Part shown: piece after piece, positions 1 through 8,977 of the stretch
Position numbering within the stretch: the first letter of the stretch is position 1
Layout: each line of letters begins with the position of its first letter
NCBI GenBank assembly: GCA_963764885.1
Contig: CAVXUH010000009.1
Coordinates: forward strand, 16,540-80,539
Length of the DNA stretch: 64,000 bases
Source: Candidatus Aminicenantes bacterium
GTDB lineage: Bacteria; Acidobacteriota; Aminicenantia; Aminicenantales; UBA8522
Direction: 5' to 3'
The notes under the pieces: generated by a model
Seen by the model: the letters and a program-made list of their open reading frames with translations, nothing else
Databases searched by the model: none
Told to the model about the DNA's origin: nothing
Translations under genes and position numbers: made by a program

Positions 1-714
1 TAGGCCCTGCCCGGCACCTCATTCTTGCCGCGCTCGTAAACTAGCGTGCGGTCCATTTTCAGGGGGGAGAAGATACGGTCGCGAAGGAAGGCCCCGAAAG
101 GTTGGCCCGAAGTTTTTTCGATGACCAGCCCGAGGATGACGTAGCCGGAATTGCTGTAGCCCCAGTTCGTCCCCGGAGGGAACCTGCCGGCTGTCTGTCG
201 CATCAAGAGATCCAGGACACCGGCGTCGCTGATCTGGATCTTCTCGACGGGGACCGAGGGATCGCCGGGCGGCATCAGGTCCTCGTAGTCGGGGAGGCCC
301 GAGGTGTGGGTGAGAAGCTGCCGGATGGTGACGGCCCGGCCGTATTCAGGAAAAGCGGGAAAGATGCCCCGAGGGTGTCGTCGTAGCGGGCCGGCCGTCG
401 CGGACGAGCAGCATGACGGCCGCCGCGGTGAACTGCTTCGTGACCGAGGCCAGCCGGAAGTTCGTCCGGCCGTCGATCGGCCGGCGCGTGCGGAGGTCGG
501 TGACGCCGTACCCCCGTTCGAAGACGACCCGGCCGCCCTCGACGACGAGCACCGCCGCTCCCGGTTCCTGCGGCCCTATCAGGGACGAAAATAAGGCGTC
601 GATGGATTTAGCGCACGGACCCGTTTTGTTTCCGGCCCCGACCGCAGGCATCAGAAGCCCCGCGGCGCCGAGGACGGCGCAAGTCACGGCCGCGAGCCTG
701 ACGGAAATATTCAC
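1..714 (-). CDS. Serine hydrolase of the beta-lactamase/transpeptidase-like family (3' end outside window; reading frame broken near 380-395)
   Basis: ORF 346..714(-) gives a signal peptide plus the SxxK active-site motif (RLASVTKQFTAAAVMLL). Below ~390 the homology continues in another frame down to nt 1 (IFPAFPEYGRAVTIRQLLTHTSGLPDY ... PPGTNWGYSNSGYVILG, the YxN motif). Confidence 0.75.
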
Positions 715-818
715 CGCACTGAAATCCTAGTTCACGCCGCCTCGAATATCAAGGCCGTTCCGGCCGTTCGAGATCAAGACCGTCAGGCTCCTCTTCCAAT
801 AAAGCGGGGATAAAACGG

Positions 819-892
819 GGACGGTCCTATTTATCCGGATCATCGCGAGGAGCCGTCTGGCTGGCGACCGAATAGGACCGTCCTCTTTTTTT
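819..892 (+). repeat. Perfect 13-bp inverted repeat (GGACGGTCCTATT 819..831 / AATAGGACCGTCC 871..883) with a 39-nt spacer, followed by T7 (886..892); terminator-like or insulator hairpin
   Basis: Arms read directly from the sequence. The T-run abuts the -35 box of the next promoter. No + strand gene lies upstream. Confidence 0.6.
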
Positions 893-893
893 C

Positions 894-922
894 TTGACAG
901 CGGCAGCGGCCGGAGATAATCT
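894..922 (+). promoter_or_regulatory. Sigma70-type promoter of the CsgG-like gene (TTGACA-17-TAATCT)
   Basis: TTGACA at 894..899 and a TAnnnT-type -10 at 917..922 (alternative GATAAT at 915..920). AGGAGAAAGGAGA RBS precedes the ATG at 952. Confidence 0.45.
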
Positions 923-951
923 TTCCATCATAACAGGAGAAAGGAGAACCC

Positions 952-1683
952 ATGAGAAAGTCTGTTATCACCGCCGCACTTCTTGTTTTGCTCGTCGCCG
1001 TCCTCGTTCCGGCGTTCGCCACGGCGGCGCAGGAAAAGCCCCGGGTGGGCGTCCTCAGGTTCACGAATCACACCTCGGCCGGCTGGTGGAGCGCATCGGT
1101 GGGCCGGGAGCTTTCGGATATGCTGGCCTCGGAGCTCGTCAGCGCAGGGATCGTTCGAGGTCCTCGAGCGGAGTGAGATCGACGCCGTCCTCGGCGAGCA
1201 GGACCTGGGCGAGGGCGGCCGGATCGACGCCGCGACAAAGGCCAAGATCGGCAAGATCAAGGGCGCGCAGTATCTCATCGCGGGCACGGTCTCGGCTCTT
1301 CGAGGAAGGAACGCGCGGCGGCGGAGCGGGCATACGGGTAAAGGGGCCTCAGCGTGGGCGGCCGGAAGGATAAGTCCTACATCGCGATCGACATCAAGGT
1401 CATCGACACCACGACCGGCGCGATCGCCGATGCCCGGACGATCGAGGCGGAGTCCACCGGCCAAGGTCTGGACGCGGGCGTCAATCTCAGGGGAGTCTCT
1501 TTGAACGGCGACACGTTCAAGAGGACGCCGGCGGGCAAGGCCATCCGGGCTTGCGTGATCTATATTTCTGAATACCTCGACTGCTCGCTGGTCCAGGGCC
1601 AGGACGCGGGCTGCATGAAAAAGTGGAACGACATGGACCGGAAGCGCCGCGAGAGGACCAAGGGCACGATCGACATCCAGTAG
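952..1683 (+). CDS. CsgG/HfaB-family periplasmic lipoprotein-like protein, interrupted by three frame breaks
   Basis: Signal peptide MRKSVITAALLVLLVAVLVPAFA. Family-like blocks are spread over three frames (ORFs 952..1176, 983..1504, 894..1373, 1354..1683): RVGVLRFTNHT..SVGRELSDMLASELVS / FEVLERSEIDAVLGEQDLG..KIKGAQYLIAGTVSA / FEEGTRGGGAGIRVKG / LSVGGRKDKSYIAIDIKVIDTTTG. Breaks at ~1150, ~1298, ~1347. Confidence 0.7.
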
Positions 1684-1938
1684 CCCCGGGGCGGTCTCTC
1701 TTAAGGTTCGCGGCGGCCCGGGAAATGAGCGTCCCGGGGGCCTCCCCGAGGCGCGGGGGAGCAGGAGACCGGCGCCCGGGCACGCCTTTTTTAGGCAAGG
1801 GCTATTTCGGCTGCCGCAGAGCCGGCGGCGGGTCAACGGCGAGGTCAGCTGTCGGATCCCTTGTCAAAAGAAAGCGTCTGCTCGAACATCTTTTCCAGTG
1901 CATGACTTTGCGGTGTACTATATGAGGCCGGATACACC

Positions 1939-3684
1939 ATGAGGATCCTCTGGAAGTACTTAAGACCCCAACAATGGCTGATCGCCGTCTCTCTGGCCCT
2001 GGCGGGAGTCAGCCAGTTGCTGAGCCTCGTCGACCCGCTGATCTTCGGCAAGATCATCGATGACTACGCCACGCGACCCGGCATCCGCCCCGAACACGAA
2101 TTGGTGAAGGGGGTTTTGTGGTGGCTGGGGGTGGCGATCGCCGTCGCCCTGTTGGCCCGGATCACCAAGTCCTTCCAGGAATACCTGACGCGGCTGGCCG
2201 TCCAGAAGTTCGGCATGCAGATCTTCAACGACGGCCTGAGGCAGACCCTCCGGCTGTCCTTCCAGGAATTCGAGGAGCAGCGGAGCGGCGAAACGCTGTC
2301 GGTCCTGCAGAAAGTGCGGACGGACACGCAGCAGTTCGTCAACTCGTTCATTAACATCCTGTTCTCGTCGATCGTCGGGATCGGATTTCTGATCTGGTAT
2401 TCCGTCACCAAGAACTGGCTGCTGATCCCCGTTTTCATCATCGGCATACTGGTCCTGGGATCGCTCACCGGGCTGCTCAGCAAGAAGATCAAGACCACCC
2501 AGCGGTCCATCAACCGGGAAACCAACACGATGGCCGGCGTCATCACGGAATCGCTGCGGAACATCGAGCTGGTCAAGAGCCTGGGGCTGACGTTCCCCGA
2601 GATCCGGCGCCTCAAAGAACAGACCCTCAAGATATTCACCCTGGAAATGGAGAAGGTCCGGAAGGTGCGGACGCTGACCTTTCTACAGGGGACCGCGCTG
2701 AGCATCCTCAAGCAGTCCATCCTGTTCATCCTGCTCTGGCTGATCTTCCGGAAGATCCTGACGACCGGTGAATTGATCGCTATGCAGTTCATCTCGACTT
2801 CCATCTTCGGGCCCTTGCAGGACCTGGGGAACATCATCCTCAGCTACCGGGAGGTCGAGGCGTCCGTCTCCATTTTCGACCAGCTGATGCAAAAGCCCGT
2901 CGAGCGCCGGCCCGAAAACCCGGTTGAGATCGGCGAGCTCGAGGCCATCCGCTTCCAGGACGTCGTCTTCCGTCACCGGACGGCGGTCTCCAACGCCATC
3001 GACGAGATATCCTTCAAGGTGCGGACGGGCGAGACCATCGCTTTCGTCGGGCCGTCCGGCTCGGGCAAGTCGACGCTCGTCAAATTGCTGGTCGGATTAT
3101 ACCGGCCGGTCGGCGGCGAGATCTATTTCAACGACCAGCCGTCGGCCTGCATCCGGTACAACGCCCTGCGGCGGCAGATCGGGTTCGTCACCCAGGACAC
3201 GCAGCTTTTCGCCGGCACGATCAAGGACAACCTGCTGTTCGTGAAGCCCGAGGCTGCGGATTCGGAGATCATGGATGCCCTGCAGAAGGCCGCCTGCGGA
3301 CAGCTGTTGAAAGCATCTCCTCGAGGACTCGACACCGTCCTGGGAGAGGGGGGGATGAAGCTTTCGGGCGGCGAAAAGCAGCGCGTCTCGATCGCCCGGG
3401 CCCTGCTGCGGCATCCGCGGCTGTTGATCTTCGATGAAGCGACTTCGGCCCTCGACTCCCTGACGGAACAAGGCATCACCGACACCATCAGGGATATCTC
3501 CGAGAGCCGGGAGCAGATCACCATCCTGATCGCCCACAGGCTTTCGACCGTCATGCACGCCGACGTGATCTACGTCCTGGAAAAAGGCAAGATCACGGAA
3601 ACCGGCTCGCACGAAACGTTGCTGCAGCAAAAAGGGCTGTACTACGCCATGTGGCGGCAGCAGGTGGGCGAAAGAAGAGCGTAG
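1939..3684 (+). CDS. ABC exporter, fused transmembrane + ATPase domains (MsbA/multidrug-exporter type)
   Basis: 581-aa intact ORF with six N-terminal hydrophobic helices. Walker A GPSGSGKST, signature LSGGEKQR, Walker B LLIFDEATSALD, H-loop IAHRLST. Confidence 0.9.
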   Translation: MRILWKYLRPQQWLIAVSLALAGVSQLLSLVDPLIFGKIIDDYATRPGIRPEHELVKGVLWWLGVAIAVALLARITKSFQEYLTRLAVQKFGMQIFNDGLRQTLRLSFQEFEEQRSGETLSVLQKVRTDTQQFVNSFINILFSSIVGIGFLIWYSVTKNWLLIPVFIIGILVLGSLTGLLSKKIKTTQRSINRETNTMAGVITESLRNIELVKSLGLTFPEIRRLKEQTLKIFTLEMEKVRKVRTLTFLQGTALSILKQSILFILLWLIFRKILTTGELIAMQFISTSIFGPLQDLGNIILSYREVEASVSIFDQLMQKPVERRPENPVEIGELEAIRFQDVVFRHRTAVSNAIDEISFKVRTGETIAFVGPSGSGKSTLVKLLVGLYRPVGGEIYFNDQPSACIRYNALRRQIGFVTQDTQLFAGTIKDNLLFVKPEAADSEIMDALQKAACGQLLKASPRGLDTVLGEGGMKLSGGEKQRVSIARALLRHPRLLIFDEATSALDSLTEQGITDTIRDISESREQITILIAHRLSTVMHADVIYVLEKGKITETGSHETLLQQKGLYYAMWRQQVGERRA

Positions 3685-3734
3685 GGCTGCGTGAACCTGA
3701 TACTCAAACCCGATATCTCGGGCGGCTCGGGTAT

Positions 3735-4247
3735 TTATTCTACCGGACCGTGGCCGTGGGCTTTGGCTCGCATGAGATCCCTGAGTGCCAGCGCCGTGCT
3801 GACAATGATGATCGCCAGGAGCAATTGGAGGATGAGGTGCATTCCATCAGGAGCCAGATGACGCCCGAACGAAGGCAGTATCTTGGTGGATTGGCTGAAC
3901 ACCCGCTGATAGACTTTCAGCCATGCGTCTGAAGCCCCAAAAAGATACGCGGTCCACCACGTTTGAATTTCCAGGGCGAGCCAAACGGCATATCCGAGAA
4001 GGCCCAGCCACAGCAGCCAGACTGTTCTTTTCAGACGAGCGATCCAGAAAACCAGCACCGGCAGAGCGAACAGGGCGACTCCCGCAGCATCACGAATTTC
4101 GAGGTTCCGGTTGAGCGCGCGAATCATCAAGGGCTCAAATCCGGGCTGATAGTTCCATTTGCCAAGAGGGACCCATTGGACAACCTGGAAATAGACCGCC
4201 AACGCAACCTGGGTGATGAATGAGACGCGCAGCCAATCGGTCTTCAT
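3735..4247 (-). CDS. Hypothetical polytopic membrane protein
   Basis: 170-aa ORF with 4-5 hydrophobic helices. Visibly lower GC than its neighbours. No recognisable family motif. Confidence 0.55.
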   Translation of the reverse strand: MKTDWLRVSFITQVALAVYFQVVQWVPLGKWNYQPGFEPLMIRALNRNLEIRDAAGVALFALPVLVFWIARLKRTVWLLWLGLLGYAVWLALEIQTWWTAYLFGASDAWLKVYQRVFSQSTKILPSFGRHLAPDGMHLILQLLLAIIIVSTALALRDLMRAKAHGHGPVE

Positions 4248-4365
4248 GCTTTGGCCGGCTCTTATAGAATGAATTCTCCGGGCGAGGGCATCTTATCCCA
4301 TATAAGATCGATCGAGCAATAGCCGCAAGAATAGGCTATCTTAGAAATACTCAGTACCTCCCTTT

Positions 4366-5844
4366 TCAGCGGGAGAGGGTGCGGGCGACGGCGGCCCGCC
4401 ACCCGGCATGGAGCGCGAGAGCTCTGGATCTCGTCATCTCAGGGAGAAATGTCCGGTCGCCTTTCCTCATCTTTTCGATCTCAGCCGTGCCCGTCCAGAT
4501 CCCGACGCCGAGGCCGGCCAGGTAGGCCGCGCCGAGCGCCGTCGTTTCGACTGCCCGCGGCCGGACGACGGGAAGGCCCAGGAGGCCGGCTTGGAATTCG
4601 CAGAGGAAGTCGTTGGCGGCCGCCCCTCCGTCGACCCGGAGCTCCCGGAGGCTCAGTCCAGTGTCCAGGCGCATGGCGTCGAGAACGTCTTTGGTGGAGT
4701 AAGCCATGGCCTCGAGGGCGGCCCGGACAACGTGGTTGCGGTTTGACCCGCGCGTCAGGCCGACGATGGCGCCCCTGGCATCGGGATCCCAATAGGGGGC
4801 GCCCAGGCCGACGAAGGCCGGAACGAAGTAGAGGCCGCCTGTATCCGGCACGGCCCGGGCCATGGCCTCGGATTGACCGGTCGATTTCAACAGGCCGAGC
4901 TGGTCGCGGAGCCACTGGACAGCGGCCCCCGCGATGAAGACCGCACCCTCAAGAGCATAGGCTGGTTTTCCATCAGGGCCGCAGGCCAAGGTCGTGATCA
5001 GCCCGTGCCGCGATTCGACCCGGCGGCGGCCGGTGTTGAGGAGGATAAAGCAGCCCGTTCCGTAGGTGTTCTTGATCGCACCTGGGTGGAAGCCGGCTTG
5101 GCCGAAGAGTGCGGCCTGCTGGTCGCCGGCGATCCCCGTTATGGGGATCCCGGGCGGGAGGCTCCCGAGGCGGACTGTGTGTCCGAAGGGGCCCGCGGAC
5201 GGGCGAACCTCGGGCAGGACGGGCCGGGGGACCCCGAAGAGATCCAGGAGTTCCGGGTCCCAGTCCAGTCTGCCGATGTCGAAGAGCATCGTGCGGGAGG
5301 CATTGGTGAAGTCGGTGGCGTGACTCCGGCCGCCGGTGAGGCTCCAGAGCACCCAGGAATCGGCCGTACCGAAGCAGAGGCGGCCGGCCGCGGCGCGTCG
5401 TCTCTGCCCGCCCCGCGCCAGCAGGAACTCCAGTTTCGTCGCCGAAAAATAGGCGTCGATGGGGAGTCCCGTTCGGGCCCGGATGAGATCGCGCACACCC
5501 GGCTTGGCGGCCAGCTCGCGGCAGCGGGGCGCGGTGCGGCGGCACTGCCAGACGATCGCGTTCGCCGCGGGCCGGCCGGTCTTCCGGTCCCACAGAAAAG
5601 CGGTCTCGCGTTGGTTGGTGATGCCGACGGCGGCGATCGAGGCGGGCGGGACGCGGGCGAGGACGCGCTGGATAGTATGATATACGCTCTGCCAGATGTC
5701 CTCGGGGTCGTGCTCGACCCAGCCCGGCTTGGGGAAACGCTGGGGGAATTCGGCGTAGGCCGAGGCGGCGGCTCGGCCCCGGCGGTCGTAGGCTATTGCA
5801 CGTGTCCCGGTCGTGCCCTGGTCGATGGCGAGAACATGGTCCAT
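4366..5844 (-). CDS. glpK: Glycerol kinase
   Basis: MDHVLAIDQGTTGTRAIAYD..FPKPGWVEHDPEDIW..GITNQRET..WQCRRT, typical FGGY/GlpK motifs. The start is taken at the internal ATG 5844; the upstream 76 codons of ORF 4366..6072 overlap the preceding gene and are not GlpK-like. Confidence 0.9.
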   Translation of the reverse strand: MDHVLAIDQGTTGTRAIAYDRRGRAAASAYAEFPQRFPKPGWVEHDPEDIWQSVYHTIQRVLARVPPASIAAVGITNQRETAFLWDRKTGRPAANAIVWQCRRTAPRCRELAAKPGVRDLIRARTGLPIDAYFSATKLEFLLARGGQRRRAAAGRLCFGTADSWVLWSLTGGRSHATDFTNASRTMLFDIGRLDWDPELLDLFGVPRPVLPEVRPSAGPFGHTVRLGSLPPGIPITGIAGDQQAALFGQAGFHPGAIKNTYGTGCFILLNTGRRRVESRHGLITTLACGPDGKPAYALEGAVFIAGAAVQWLRDQLGLLKSTGQSEAMARAVPDTGGLYFVPAFVGLGAPYWDPDARGAIVGLTRGSNRNHVVRAALEAMAYSTKDVLDAMRLDTGLSLRELRVDGGAAANDFLCEFQAGLLGLPVVRPRAVETTALGAAYLAGLGVGIWTGTAEIEKMRKGDRTFLPEMTRSRALALHAGWRAAVARTLSR

Positions 5845-5845
5845 G

Positions 5846-6670
5846 TCAGGCCCTGGGACCCACCCAGTCCAGGATGTTCCGGAAGACCTTATCGCGGCCC
5901 AGGTCGATCGAGAGGGCGTGGAGCATTTCTGGGTACTCAAGAAGGGCCTTGTCGGCGACGGGGAGCTTTGCGAACAGCTTGCGGCCGGCCCGTTCATCGA
6001 CAAGGAGATCTGTGCCGGAAATGAGGAAGAGGACGGGGAGACCGACTGTCGAGGCCAGCTTTTTGGCCGCACTCTGCTCGCGCATTATGCTCATCAGGCA
6101 GGCCAGGCTCCCGATGCGGAGCTCGCCGGGGTCGGCGTCTAAACTCTCCCGGTGGGCAGCGTCGCGGGTGCACATGGCCGAAGTGAAAGGGATCGGGATC
6201 GTTTTTTTCGGCCGGAAAAGGATGAGCCCAGCCATAGTCAGGTAGGCCGAAGCGGGGAATTTCAGCCCGTTCTTAAAGTCGGGGGAGATCAGGACCAGCC
6301 CGTCGAACGCCGACGGATGACGGCAGACGGCGTTGAAGGCGACGAGCCCGCCCACGCTCTCGCCCAGGAGGAATATCTTTCCGCCCGGATTCTCGGCCGC
6401 GATCTTTTCTCGAAGTGTCAGGACGTCGCGCTCCCAGACGCGAAGCGAAGCAACATGACCACGGGGCCGCTCGGGCGTCAGGCCGAAACCACGGAGCTCC
6501 AAGGCGTAGGATGCATAGCCAGCGTCGGCCAGAGAGTCGGCGAGAAACCCCCAGCGGGCGGATTGCGCTCCCAGGCCATGGACGAGAAGGAACGCCGCTT
6601 TGGCCGGCGCGGTCCGGGGCCGGGCCTCCCACCTGCGATAAAGGACATCCGTTCCGATGAGTTCCGGCAT
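5846..6670 (-). CDS. Alpha/beta hydrolase, monoacylglycerol lipase/lysophospholipase-like
   Basis: HG oxyanion motif (LLVHGLG) and GxSxG nucleophile elbow (GESVGG). The stop lies 1 nt from the glpK start, implying an operon. Confidence 0.8.
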   Translation of the reverse strand: MPELIGTDVLYRRWEARPRTAPAKAAFLLVHGLGAQSARWGFLADSLADAGYASYALELRGFGLTPERPRGHVASLRVWERDVLTLREKIAAENPGGKIFLLGESVGGLVAFNAVCRHPSAFDGLVLISPDFKNGLKFPASAYLTMAGLILFRPKKTIPIPFTSAMCTRDAAHRESLDADPGELRIGSLACLMSIMREQSAAKKLASTVGLPVLFLISGTDLLVDERAGRKLFAKLPVADKALLEYPEMLHALSIDLGRDKVFRNILDWVGPRA

Positions 6671-6764
6671 GGCCGGGATTATAGCAAATTCCCTCCGGGC
6701 GCCGAAACTTGCCGAACAGACTCCCTCTCAGACCTGCCCTCGTCCCGGACCGTCCGCGGCGGCC

Positions 6765-7031
6765 TTACAGGCCGAGCACGCCGGGCAGCTTGGCGAACAG
6801 GCGCGTCTCGTCGATGCTCTGGAGGCCGCAGATGTACCGGGTCAGCCTCTCGATGCCGATCCTGAAGCCCGCGGAGGGGCACAGGCCCTTCCTGGCGAAT
6901 TGGAGATAGATCTCGTAGACCTTGGGGTCGATCCCCTTGCGCTCGATCCGCTTTTCTATTTTTTCGAATTGATACTCCCTCTCTCCGCCCGATAAGGCTT
7001 CGCCATAGCCCTCGGGATAGATCAGGTCCAT
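6765..7031 (-). pseudogene. C-terminal fragment of a class II aminoacyl-tRNA synthetase (Asn/Asp-RS-like, motif 3 region only)
   Basis: The 88-aa ORF MDLIYPEGYGEALSGGEREY...CPSAGFRIGIERLTRYICGL..IDETRLF matches the catalytic-core end of AsnRS/AspRS-type enzymes. An in-frame TAG lies 14 codons upstream, and the AT-rich non-coding sequence beyond it shows no N-terminal or anticodon-binding part. Confidence 0.55.
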
Positions 7032-7180
7032 GTCCAGAATCGATAAAAAAAGGGTGGAAAAAAGGTGCGGCTACTGACGACTGATTTCCCCCTCTCCGAG
7101 GGGGGGATTATTCCCGGTCGAGGAACGCGATGAGAGAGGATAGGCGGAAGCGCCCCCAATGGGCGGCCGGCCCCGAAGCA

Positions 7181-7209
7181 TAAATATTCTCATCTTGTTC
7201 CTGCGTCAA
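7181..7209 (-). promoter_or_regulatory. Putative sigma70-type promoter (TTGACG-17-TATTTA) for the aaRS-remnant/lipase/glpK transcription unit
   Basis: Reverse complement reads gatcTTGACGcaggaacaagatgagaaTATTTAtgc, about 150 nt upstream of ATG 7031. Confidence 0.35.
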
Positions 7210-7261
7210 GATCCAGATTGCGCCAAACGCCCGGGGATTTCCAGCCCCGGCGAAAAGAAAA

Positions 7262-7296
7262 GTGGATATTTATTCGTAATTAAGAAAGCATATCCA
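7262..7296 (-). terminator. Possible intrinsic terminator after the DUF1624 gene
   Basis: 8-bp perfect stem GTGGATAT/ATATCCAC with a 19-nt AT-rich loop. On the minus strand it is followed by TTTTCTTTTC. It lies 60 nt past the stop at 7356. The large loop weakens the call. Confidence 0.35.
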
Positions 7297-7355
7297 CGCT
7301 CGAGCGGAGCCTTTCGGGCTGTTCGCCGCCGCGGAATTCTTTCCGGGCCGGTGTC

Positions 7356-8084
7356 TCAGCGGACCAGGCCCGCCAGGTACAGAACGGCCAGGATGACCGG
7401 CTGGTGGACGATGTAGATGAGCAGAGAGTGGCGGCCGGCGATGTTGACGAAGGTCACGGGCCAAGCCTTCCCGATCAGGCTCCGCTTGGCGGCATAGGCC
7501 GATTTGCCCAGGGCCGCGCCGGCGAGGAATACCCCGAGCCACGGCAGAAGCGGGAAGTAATCGAAGGAGCTCAGGTTCGGGCTGTGGATCCCCAATGGCA
7601 GGAGCCAGTCGAACCGCACGACGACCCCCTTGAGGGCGGCCGGGACGACGAAGCCGAGCCCGATGACGGCGGCGCCCGCCGCGGCGCAGGCCGCCGCCCC
7701 GGCTTTTTCAAACACGAGTCCGTAGACGAGGATCGAAACCGCCAGGCAGTGGAGGATGCCGAAGAGGATGGCCGAGGAGGCGTCGAAGACATACGTCGCC
7801 GCGGTGACGAGGAGAGCGACCGCGAGCAGCTTGAGGGCCCGGCGGACATTGCCCCGGCTCAGGGTGCTGCTGATCCCGGACAGGACGACGAACAGCCCGG
7901 CGAAGAAGTACTGGGCGATTGTCCAGGCCCGGGTCGAAAGATCCGTCGAGAACCCGAGGAACGACCCGATGCCGACCATCTGCCCCAGGTCATAGAGCAG
8001 GTGGTAGCCGACCATGAGGATAATGGACAGGCCCCGGAGAAAGTCGATCTCCCAGATACGGGCCCGGGCGGGTTCGGATCTCAA
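7356..8084 (-). CDS. DUF1624 / heparan-alpha-glucosaminide N-acetyltransferase-like membrane protein
   Basis: N-terminal RIWEIDFLRGLSIILMVGYH motif typical of the family, followed by multiple TM helices. Intact 242-aa ORF. Confidence 0.7.
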   Translation of the reverse strand: MRSEPARARIWEIDFLRGLSIILMVGYHLLYDLGQMVGIGSFLGFSTDLSTRAWTIAQYFFAGLFVVLSGISSTLSRGNVRRALKLLAVALLVTAATYVFDASSAILFGILHCLAVSILVYGLVFEKAGAAACAAAGAAVIGLGFVVPAALKGVVVRFDWLLPLGIHSPNLSSFDYFPLLPWLGVFLAGAALGKSAYAAKRSLIGKAWPVTFVNIAGRHSLLIYIVHQPVILAVLYLAGLVR

Positions 8085-8096
8085 CGGCGCTTCTGA

Positions 8097-8804
8097 TCAG
8101 CCGGCGAGGCTCAGCGGCTTGATCTTGATGTTCCGGAAGAAGATGGGCGCGCCGGCGTGCTTCCCCTGGAGGCCGATCCGGCCGCGGGTCGCGAGCTGCG
8201 CCTTGGGCTTGCTGAGCCAGGCGGGGATCTCGCTGCCGTCGGGGTTCGTCTTGGCGGATGTCCACTTGCGCATGTCCATCTCGGTGACCTTTTCGCCGTT
8301 GAGGACGACCGTGATCATCGGCCCGCGGCAGGTGATGGTGAAGCGGTTCCATTCACCGGGTTTCTTGACGGCGCTCTTCGTCGGGGCCAGGTGGCCGAAG
8401 ATGGCGCCGCAGTGCCAGGTGGCGGGCGATTTGGCCCACTGCTCGGCGAAATCGTCGGCGATCTGGATCTCGACCGCGTTCGGGATCCAGTCCTTGATAT
8501 CGGAAGCGTAGACGATGACGCCGCTGTTCGTCCCGGGCGCCGTCTTGAACTCGAGGTCGAGGACGAAGTTGCCGTAATCCCTATTGGTCCAGATGGCCTG
8601 GTCTTCCGAGGCGGTCAGGACGCCGTCCGCGAACGTCCAGACGCCGGCCGGAAACTCGGCGTTCGAGAGGTCGGGCTGGAAGAGGTCGGCCCAGCCGGTA
8701 ACGTCCGGGTGGCCGGGGGTCGCGGCCGGTTTCTGGGCGAACACCGCCGTCAGGCAAACGAGGCTGCAGAGAGCCAGGATCGAAAAAAGGTGTCTGATTT
8801 TCAT
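8097..8804 (-). CDS. Secreted DUF1080 (3-keto-disaccharide hydrolase-like) domain protein
   Basis: The internal ATG at 8804 gives MKIRHLFSILALCSLVCLTAVFA (signal peptide). Then GW..FADGVL..NRDYGNFVLDLEFKTAPGTNSGV...RGRIGLQGKHAGAPIFFRNIKIK. GGAG RBS upstream. Confidence 0.8.
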   Translation of the reverse strand: MKIRHLFSILALCSLVCLTAVFAQKPAATPGHPDVTGWADLFQPDLSNAEFPAGVWTFADGVLTASEDQAIWTNRDYGNFVLDLEFKTAPGTNSGVIVYASDIKDWIPNAVEIQIADDFAEQWAKSPATWHCGAIFGHLAPTKSAVKKPGEWNRFTITCRGPMITVVLNGEKVTEMDMRKWTSAKTNPDGSEIPAWLSKPKAQLATRGRIGLQGKHAGAPIFFRNIKIKPLSLAG

Positions 8805-8977
8805 GGGCGCTCCTTTCGGGTTGTCGGAATCTATCCTTATCTTAACCCAATAAAAAGTCCGAAGCCACAAGCAAGAACGTCCACTCGGCCGTGTGATCAG
8901 TGACTGGGAATTGGGGTCCTGGCACGGCGATCCTCCGGCGTCGGGCGTTGCGGGGACTAACGCCAGGCCACCCGTCC

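Noticed and set aside
928-1836. 302-aa minus-strand ORF across the CsgG-like locus
   Set aside because: Antisense to the CsgG-like gene, which is recognisable though frame-broken. The translation is Arg/Pro-rich.
5845-6072. 76-codon N-terminal extension of glpK (ORF 4366..6072)
   Set aside because: The extension overlaps the 3' end of the alpha/beta hydrolase gene in another frame and is not GlpK-like. The conserved GlpK N-terminus begins at ATG 5844.
7047-7075. T-box-like GGGTGG element near the aaRS remnant
   Set aside because: It lies on the strand opposite to the aaRS fragment. It also lacks the rest of the T-box consensus and the specifier/antiterminator architecture.
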